Below, piece by piece: positions 1-4,623 of a DNA stretch of 5,038 bases; the first letter of the stretch is position 1; every line of letters starts with the position of its first letter. Both the position numbers and the translations under genes were made by a program. The notes beneath the pieces are model-generated. The model searched no databases and had not been told where the DNA came from. It was given only the letters and a program-made list of their open reading frames with translations. Location of the stretch: the IMG/VR virus record IMGVR_UViG_3300020030_000107, positions 1 through 5,038 of that record. The stretch is one strand, 5' to 3'. The stretch is from a virus.

Positions 1-121
1 ACGATTAGCTTCAGAACGTGTACCGAGTTCTTCTACCTGAGCATCCGTAATACGAACACTATTTATAACATCCTGTAAAATCTTTTGGATGTTAGCTTCG
101 GCAACCTTAACCTGCATCTTG
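1..121. repeat. Left copy of the 121-nt terminal direct repeat (identical to 4918-5038); wrap-around of a circular 4,917-nt genome
   Basis: Base-by-base comparison: 1-121 (acgattagcttcagaacgtg...cctgcatcttg) matches 4918-5038 exactly. The VP2 reading frame continues across the junction. Confidence 0.95.
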
Positions 122-609
122 AAAACTGCAGTCTGTTGTTTAGCTTGAGCAGTGATCGCCGAAATATTTTCACGGCGAAGAGGAATAAGGGTAGTTTCAC
201 CCTGCACCTGTTCAGTCTGTGCAGATTTGAGCTTTGTATCTTGTAATACATTTGTAGCCTCTGCACGTGTTTTTTCAACATTAGCCTTAATAGCTTCGTT
301 CTGCATCTCAAGGTTTTTCGCCTGCTGTGCAGCCATATATCCAGACGTAGCGGCAGAACCAACATTTTCATACGCGCCACCGGAAGAAGCACCGAAAGTG
401 GAATTACCACCATTCGCGGATAAAATCGGATTGAGGCCAGCAGCTCGTAAATCAGCAACTTCGATCTGATGTTGTTTATAGAGCTGATCGCGCGCAAGCT
501 CATAATTAGCGTTAAACTGTTTTTGCTGCTGCTTATTCGCAAGGATACCACCTAGCAAACTAGTACCAGCGCCAAGGATGGCACCGCCAAATTTACCGAG
601 AAAGCCCAT
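1..609 (-). CDS. VP2: DNA pilot / minor capsid protein VP2, N-terminal 203 codons. The gene runs off the window edge; the full gene is 609->1 joined to 4917->4624 (300 aa).
   Basis: ATG at 609-607 with GAGGTG (622-617) 7 nt upstream. My translation is MGFLGKFGGAILGAGTSLLGGILANKQQQKQFNANYELARDQLYKQHQIEVADLRAAGLNPILSANGGNSTFGASSGG..., with no stop down to position 1. It is in frame (609-117=492) with the MQVKVAEANIQ... ORF at the other end. A Gly-rich N-terminus, the AGLNPIL motif and a coiled Q/A/E-rich middle are typical of gokushovirus VP2. It is absent from the ORF track only because it is open at the window edge. Confidence 0.8.
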   Translation of the reverse strand, partial: MGFLGKFGGAILGAGTSLLGGILANKQQQKQFNANYELARDQLYKQHQIEVADLRAAGLNPILSANGGNSTFGASSGGAYENVGSAATSGYMAAQQAKNLEMQNEAIKANVEKTRAEATNVLQDTKLKSAQTEQVQGETTLIPLRRENISAITAQAKQQTAVFKMQVKVAEANIQKILQDVINSVRITDAQVEELGTRSEANR

Positions 610-624
610 AATAGATCACCTCGC

Positions 625-2289
625 TTAGAAGTGGTCAACAAGGCCAGGTACACCGTAGACAGGCATCGGGCGAGCACACTTCATCTCGATATAGGAATCA
701 ATAATAAATTGCGGTTCGTTCTGCACCGCAAGAATACGAGACACCGGCGGATTATCCTCGATAAACTGCGCAGAAAGCGTCGGCAAACTATCAAACTTCT
801 GCGAAAGGTGCCACACATCAAGGGACTGAGGATCCGTAGAGCGCAGCTTACCAGTAATCATGCTAGGGAAATAACGGTATTCAGCATATCTTTCCTGATA
901 TCCAAAAACATTATCGTCGGCGGAAGTACCCTGTGCATAGATTTCTTTATTTAAAATCGCCTGCTCGCCAAGGTGAGCAAGCACCGGCCAGTAGAAATCG
1001 AACCTAGTGCGACGACTGAACATACGCGGAATGCCCTGCTGATAGGTCAAGTCTGCGCGGACATTCAGAAGGCCGATAATAATACCATGTTCCACAAACG
1101 ACTTTGTAAAGCCATGTTTGGCAGAAGTCGAGGACGCAAGACCGTAGGCGGCAAGGTTACCTTGCGGCGTTTCTGCGCCAGTGGAACCAGTCGCCGAATT
1201 CTGCACCACAGGATTGATAATAACAGGGCTTTCAGATCCACCAAGATATTCCGGACGCTGAAGGCGGGAATCCGGAGAGACAACACCAAAATGAGAACGA
1301 AGAATTTCGGTATATCGAGTACCGCCGCGCGCATCGCGTTCATAAAGCTTCTGAAGCTGGAACGCCTGCCGAAGGGAGTTAATCGTAGCGGCAGTAACAG
1401 AAGAAAGATCAGCAACTGTAGAATAAGTCGAACCGTTAAACGTACCAGTCCAATGAACTTTATCTCCCTGTGTCCAAGCTTCACCAGGAGAACCAAGATT
1501 TCGCCAAGAGCCAGAATAGTTATAACTCAAATACGGCGGTTTCGATGCATTACCTTCGCCGCCGGGAAGAACAATACCGTCAAAAGGCTGGCCATCCTGC
1601 ATAGTAACTACGGGAGCATTGCCGGAAAGGGGAAGCTCAACGCCGGGGCCTTTCTGAGGCCACGGAAGCGCGCTAGTGAAATAATCGTGACGCTTACCAC
1701 GTCTGAGGAGCTTATGAGAACCGATAAAGCCAGCATCACCGAGACCAACATCATCAAGGCCGGAAGCGGTTGAGATTTCAGCGTAAGAAGAAAGGTTGAT
1801 CGGATTCTGAAGATTTTCGTCCCTAAACCATTCATTCCAAATAAGGGCATAAGCGCGGGCGGCAAGCTCGTTAGCCTTGATACCTGTCACACCAGTAGGG
1901 AGACCGAAATAATCTTCCAAAGATCCAACCGGAAAACCACCATCAGCCGGTGCGGAAGTCTGCGGTACTAAATAATCCGTACTTGCACCCGGGTAATCCT
2001 GCTGACCATTAAACTGTTCCCAATGCTTCCATAACAATCTATAAGGCACAAAAAAATAGAAAGTGTCGAGGAATAAATTATCCATGGTAGGCACGACCGG
2101 GGTAGAAAGTCGAGCAAGAAAATTAAATTTCACTTTGTAACTATCGCCGGGCAAAACTTCATCCACAAGAAACGGCACAAGGTAGCCGCTATCGAAGGTA
2201 CTTTTCCAACCGTGAGATCTATCGAACACAGACCGAGAGATTTGAGCTCGCGGAATCTGCGAGAACAAATGCTTCATAACTGATTTCAT
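625..2289 (-). CDS. VP1: Major capsid protein VP1 (Microviridae F-protein family), 554 aa
   Basis: Longest ORF. ATG at 2289-2287 with AAGGA (2302-2298) 8 nt upstream. The N-terminus ...RSxFDxSHxxKxTFDxGxLxPxxxxEVLPGD..., the internal ...ATINxLRQAFxLQKxxERDARGGTRYxExxxSHFGV... and PEYLGG blocks are hallmark gokushovirus VP1 motifs. Size fits the family. Confidence 0.96.
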   Translation of the reverse strand: MKSVMKHLFSQIPRAQISRSVFDRSHGWKSTFDSGYLVPFLVDEVLPGDSYKVKFNFLARLSTPVVPTMDNLFLDTFYFFVPYRLLWKHWEQFNGQQDYPGASTDYLVPQTSAPADGGFPVGSLEDYFGLPTGVTGIKANELAARAYALIWNEWFRDENLQNPINLSSYAEISTASGLDDVGLGDAGFIGSHKLLRRGKRHDYFTSALPWPQKGPGVELPLSGNAPVVTMQDGQPFDGIVLPGGEGNASKPPYLSYNYSGSWRNLGSPGEAWTQGDKVHWTGTFNGSTYSTVADLSSVTAATINSLRQAFQLQKLYERDARGGTRYTEILRSHFGVVSPDSRLQRPEYLGGSESPVIINPVVQNSATGSTGAETPQGNLAAYGLASSTSAKHGFTKSFVEHGIIIGLLNVRADLTYQQGIPRMFSRRTRFDFYWPVLAHLGEQAILNKEIYAQGTSADDNVFGYQERYAEYRYFPSMITGKLRSTDPQSLDVWHLSQKFDSLPTLSAQFIEDNPPVSRILAVQNEPQFIIDSYIEMKCARPMPVYGVPGLVDHF

Positions 2290-2383
2290 ATCATCAATCC
2301 TTTCTGAATGACCGCCCTAAGATCTGCGATCAACAGGCTGTATCATTCACAATTTATTCAAAGGGTGTGAAGAGTGAACCGTT

Positions 2384-2447
2384 TAGCGGTGTCACTCCGG
2401 CCAATTACATCAAGTAGTGTAATTGGCCGGACGTCGTTTTACCGCTA
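2384..2447 (-). repeat. Nested perfect stem-loop in the VP3-VP1 intergenic region. Inner stem is 13 bp (14 with the flanking T:A pair), outer stem 7 bp.
   Basis: Inner arms ccggccaattaca (2397-2409) and tgtaattggccgg (2418-2430), 8-nt loop 2410-2417, with t2396:a2431 extending the stem. Outer arms tagcggt (2384-2390) and accgcta (2441-2447). No U-tract follows on the coding strand, so it is not a canonical intrinsic terminator. Confidence 0.85.
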
Positions 2448-2454
2448 GTAAATG

Positions 2455-2901
2455 TCAAGAATTTACTTTTTCACCGGAACCTTCAACAAGTCCGGAAGGT
2501 ACTTTAGGAGTACCGTCAAGAGGTTTGTCAATAATTCCAAGCCTAACTGCTTCAGCATAGTCTTCACTTCCTTCCTTCAGGGACTGAACGAAATCGAAAT
2601 AGGCGGCCGGATCATTTCCGAATCGTTCGCGAATTTTAGCAGAGAGATCGTTAAACGCATTATTAGCCGCCACAATGACATTCTGCGCCTCCTGATAAGA
2701 AGGCATATCAGAATAATCACCAAACTGAGGAGTACGAGAAACGGGGACAGTAGGATCTACAAGTACACCGGTATTCTCGAAACGAGCAATGATACAGTTA
2801 ATATCTGCATCATCCTTAAAAGACTGAAGGGTCTGCGAAGGTTGGTCAAACTTAATCCCCGGCTTTTCGCCGGTAACGGAATAACGAGAGTTAAATTTCA
2901 T
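2455..2901 (-). CDS. VP3: Internal scaffolding protein VP3, 148 aa
   Basis: Sequence MKFNSRYSVTGEKPGIKFDQPSQTLQSFKDDADINCIIARFENTG...PQFGDYSDMPSYQEAQN...RERFGNDPAAYFDF... matches the pattern I recognise for gokushovirus VP3. I place the start at ATG 2901-2899, with AAGGA (2911-2907) 5 nt upstream. The GTG at 2988 used by the ORF track would add a hydrophobic, non-homologous 29-aa extension. Confidence 0.8.
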   Translation of the reverse strand: MKFNSRYSVTGEKPGIKFDQPSQTLQSFKDDADINCIIARFENTGVLVDPTVPVSRTPQFGDYSDMPSYQEAQNVIVAANNAFNDLSAKIRERFGNDPAAYFDFVQSLKEGSEDYAEAVRLGIIDKPLDGTPKVPSGLVEGSGEKVNS

Positions 2902-3103
2902 GATCGTCCTTTCCGCGCGAAGTCGCGCTACAAGTATCTGTAAATAGACTAGTAGGCTTAAGGTTACTACTAGTAAAATAGGCACCACAATTTAAGCAAA
3001 CAGAGCAATGGTCGTCAACATGGTACAAAACGCATTGACAATACTCACAACGATCGAGACCGTCAGATACAAAACGCTTAAAAGCAGTAGGTACTTTAAA
3101 CAT
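2891..3103 (-). CDS. Hypothetical small Cys-rich protein (70 aa), possible zinc ribbon; function unknown
   Basis: ATG 3103-3101 with GAGGTG (3119-3114) 10 nt upstream. It is the first ORF after the terminator and leader region. Cysteine pattern is C19-x2-C22-x-C24-x8-C33-x2-C36-x2-C39. Third codon positions are T-rich, as in the other genes. Its stop overlaps the VP3 start by 11 nt and its 3' end contains the VP3 RBS. I recognise no family. Confidence 0.45.
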   Translation of the reverse strand: MFKVPTAFKRFVSDGLDRCEYCQCVLYHVDDHCSVCLNCGAYFTSSNLKPTSLFTDTCSATSRGKDDHEI

Positions 3104-3128
3104 GACATCACATCACCTCAGGCTGATA

Positions 3129-3206
3129 ATGGGGGGAACCTCGCGGACGTCATGAATAGTTAAAACACAGTCACAAACTTTTTAACACCGCGCGATTTCC
3201 CCCCAT
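3129..3206. repeat. Long-range inverted repeat (G6/C6 clamp) enclosing an AT-rich 41-nt segment of the large intergenic region
   Basis: atggggggaa (3129-3138) pairs with ttccccccat (3197-3206), 10 bp. An inner cgcgg (3142-3146) pairs with ccgcg (3188-3192) across a small internal loop. On length alone a 10-bp repeat at this spacing is only marginally unexpected in about 5 kb. Confidence 0.5.
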
Positions 3207-3221
3207 GCCCCTAGGGCAAAC

Positions 3222-3269
3222 AAAGGGAAAAGAAAAAAGCCGCTAGCGTATGGCAAACGCTAGCGGCTT
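3222..3269 (-). terminator. Rho-independent terminator downstream of the VP5-like gene
   Basis: Perfect 12-bp GC-rich stem agccgctagcgt (3238-3249) / acgctagcggct (3257-3268), plus a3237:t3269, with the 7-nt loop atggcaa. On the minus strand it is followed directly by TTTTTCTTTTCCCTTTG. It starts 32 nt after the TAG stop at 3301-3303. Confidence 0.8.
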
Positions 3270-3300
3270 GCCGCAAAGGAAAACGGCAAAGAGGAGAAAA

Positions 3301-3594
3301 CTACTCGCCCGGCTGGGCAGAAGTCGGACGCGGAATCTTAAAAATCGAGAAAAGATCATCAACAGAACAAAGAACACGCGGCGGAAAAGGATCCGAAGCG
3401 GTCATATGCTCTTCGTCAAAAGTGAAAAGTTCATAAATATCGTAATCCTGCGGATAAAGCGCGAACATGGAAGAATCACGAAGGAACACAGTCGCAAACC
3501 AACGTTGAAATTCTTCAAGATTTGCGGCTTCCTTACAAAGTGCGCAAGAGTTGGTTTTACGGTCAAATATCGCATAAATAGTTTTCATTGCCAT
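3301..3594 (-). CDS. VP5: Small non-structural protein, gokushovirus VP5/ORF5-like (97 aa)
   Basis: ATG 3594-3592 with AGGAGA (3606-3601) 6 nt upstream, lying inside the end of Rep. It begins 2 nt after the Rep stop. The N-terminal block MKTIYAIFDRKTNS and the block YPQDYDIYELFTFDEE resemble the conserved xFxVxDxKxxxF ... PxDYxLFxLGxFDxxTG pattern of gokushovirus ORF5 proteins. This is from memory, not searched. Confidence 0.6.
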   Translation of the reverse strand: MAMKTIYAIFDRKTNSCALCKEAANLEEFQRWFATVFLRDSSMFALYPQDYDIYELFTFDEEHMTASDPFPPRVLCSVDDLFSIFKIPRPTSAQPGE

Positions 3595-3596
3595 CT

Positions 3597-4493
3597 TTAT
3601 TCTCCTTCGAGCGGTCGAACAAGTTTTTTCGCAACTTCTATCTGATGTTGCTCCTTTTGAAGCAGTCGGGTGACCGTCTCATTTTTAACCGTCTGCTTTC
3701 TACGTGCCTTCAGTATATCATACTTTTCGGCATCTGTCAAATGCAAATAATCATCGTAATACGCCGGGGGACGCGTAATCATGCCATCAGGCAAAACAAC
3801 ACGATCATAATTATAAACATCATCATAATACTTAACTATCCAATCATGCGCAATGCCAGGCTTCCGACTCATCGTAATGAATTCAGGAGTACGACCGTTA
3901 TAATGCGCTGGCGCATCCTTACCATAAACCTTTTTAGTGACATAGCGCGCTACATAAGCACAGCTCTTGAAAGTAACATTACCGATAGTATGAAAACCAT
4001 AAGGCCAAAGACCGAATAGAAAATCAGAGATATAAAGTGGTCCATAAGGTGTCGATCTGAGAAGCTGACGATCATCACTGAAGTCATAACCAAACACAAT
4101 AAGATGATAGTGAGGACGTAAGTTTTTATCACCATATTCACCGCAAGCAAAGAAACGAATTTTGATATTTTGATAAGATAAGGCTTTACGAAGCCTTTTC
4201 AGAAACAACTGCACATCACGCACGCTAACGGATCCGGAAGCTGGAAGGTGCGCATCATCAAAGGTCAAAGTCAAAAAACAATTACGATCATGCAAGGACG
4301 CTTCATGGACACACCTGACCGCCCATTGTCTAGAGTGTGCAAGCCTGCATCCAATACATTTGCCACAAGGAATCGTGCAAGGTTCAGCGCCTCGCTCAGG
4401 CGGCGAAGCAGGGGAACCAAACACAACACGAAAACCCGACTTCGAACTAGCATCCGGAACACGCCAACAGTCGATCGGATGATAGCAAGCCAT
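3597..4493 (-). CDS. VP4: Replication initiation protein VP4 (HUH rolling-circle endonuclease, phiX174 gene A family), 298 aa
   Basis: PCGKCIGCRL cysteine motif. RCR motif 1 is FLTLTFDD. The HUH motif HYH is encoded at 4112-4104 (cactatcat on the minus strand). The catalytic double-tyrosine motif is YVARYVTKK (Y180 at 3956-3954, Y184 at 3944-3942; compare phiX174 A, YVAKYVNKK). GGAGGA lies at 4510-4505, and the ATG shares its A with the upstream TGA (TGATG). Confidence 0.95.
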   Translation of the reverse strand: MACYHPIDCWRVPDASSKSGFRVVFGSPASPPERGAEPCTIPCGKCIGCRLAHSRQWAVRCVHEASLHDRNCFLTLTFDDAHLPASGSVSVRDVQLFLKRLRKALSYQNIKIRFFACGEYGDKNLRPHYHLIVFGYDFSDDRQLLRSTPYGPLYISDFLFGLWPYGFHTIGNVTFKSCAYVARYVTKKVYGKDAPAHYNGRTPEFITMSRKPGIAHDWIVKYYDDVYNYDRVVLPDGMITRPPAYYDDYLHLTDAEKYDILKARRKQTVKNETVTRLLQKEQHQIEVAKKLVRPLEGE

Positions 4494-4609
4494 CAGATCC
4501 GGAATCCTCCACGCATAGGGCGAGCGCGAAGGTTACGTTTTTTCACATTTACAGCACCTTTAGTAAAAATTTTGCGAGATTTCTTTTTAGACAGTTTACG
4601 ACGTTTCAC
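4493..4609 (-). CDS. VP8: Small highly basic DNA-binding/packaging protein (phiX174 J / gokushovirus VP8-like), 38 aa, GTG start
   Basis: Not in the ORF track (too short). My translation of the minus strand from GTG 4609-4607 is (M)KRRKLSKKKSRKIFTKGAVNVKKRNLRARPMRGGFRI, then TGA at 4495-4493. AAGGAG (4623-4618) lies 8 nt upstream. The K/R-rich N-terminus and the C-terminal PMRGGxRx motif are characteristic of this protein family. It fills the VP2-VP4 gap exactly. Confidence 0.8.
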   Translation of the reverse strand: MKRRKLSKKKSRKIFTKGAVNVKKRNLRARPMRGGFRI

Positions 4610-4623
4610 ATGAAACACTCCTT

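Noticed and set aside
1-121. Terminal repeat as a biological DTR/LTR or transposon end
   Set aside because: The repeats are direct and lie inside the VP2 coding sequence of a circular ssDNA phage. This is the expected signature of a circular contig written linearly.
63-551. 162-aa minus-strand ORF inside VP2
   Set aside because: It is in the +1 frame of VP2 (609-551=58) with an R/L/S-rich composition typical of an out-of-frame read. The same +1 frame is open in every gene here, so this is a compositional effect of T-rich third codon positions.
1065-1865. Minus-strand ORFs 1065-1496 (143 aa) and 1608-1865 (85 aa) inside VP1
   Set aside because: Both are in the +1 frame of VP1. They are leucine/arginine-rich with no RBS and share the compositional explanation above.
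2453-2458. Perfect -35 hexamer TTGACA on the minus strand at the VP3 stop
   Set aside because: No acceptable -10 element lies 16-19 nt downstream. The sequence there is GACGTC, and TAAAAC is only 11 nt away.
2948-2974. 8-bp hairpin actagtag / ctactagt with an 11-nt loop
   Set aside because: It is short, AT-rich, lies inside the Cys-rich ORF and has no U-tract. It is compatible with chance.
2902-2988. N-terminal extension of VP3 from GTG 2988 (the 177-aa version in the track)
   Set aside because: The extension (MVPILLVVTLSLLVYLQILVARLRAERTI) has no RBS, overlaps the Cys-rich ORF and is not VP3-like. ATG 2901 has a well-placed AAGGA.
2442-3246. Shared CCGCTAG heptamer in both intergenic stem-loops (2442-2448 and 3240-3246)
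   Set aside because: Between two regions of about 165-200 nt, roughly one to two shared 7-mers are expected by chance. This is not evidence of a common recognition site.
4271-4462. 63-aa minus-strand ORF inside the 5' part of Rep
   Set aside because: It is in the +1 frame of Rep, has a GTG start without an SD, and shows no distinctive architecture.
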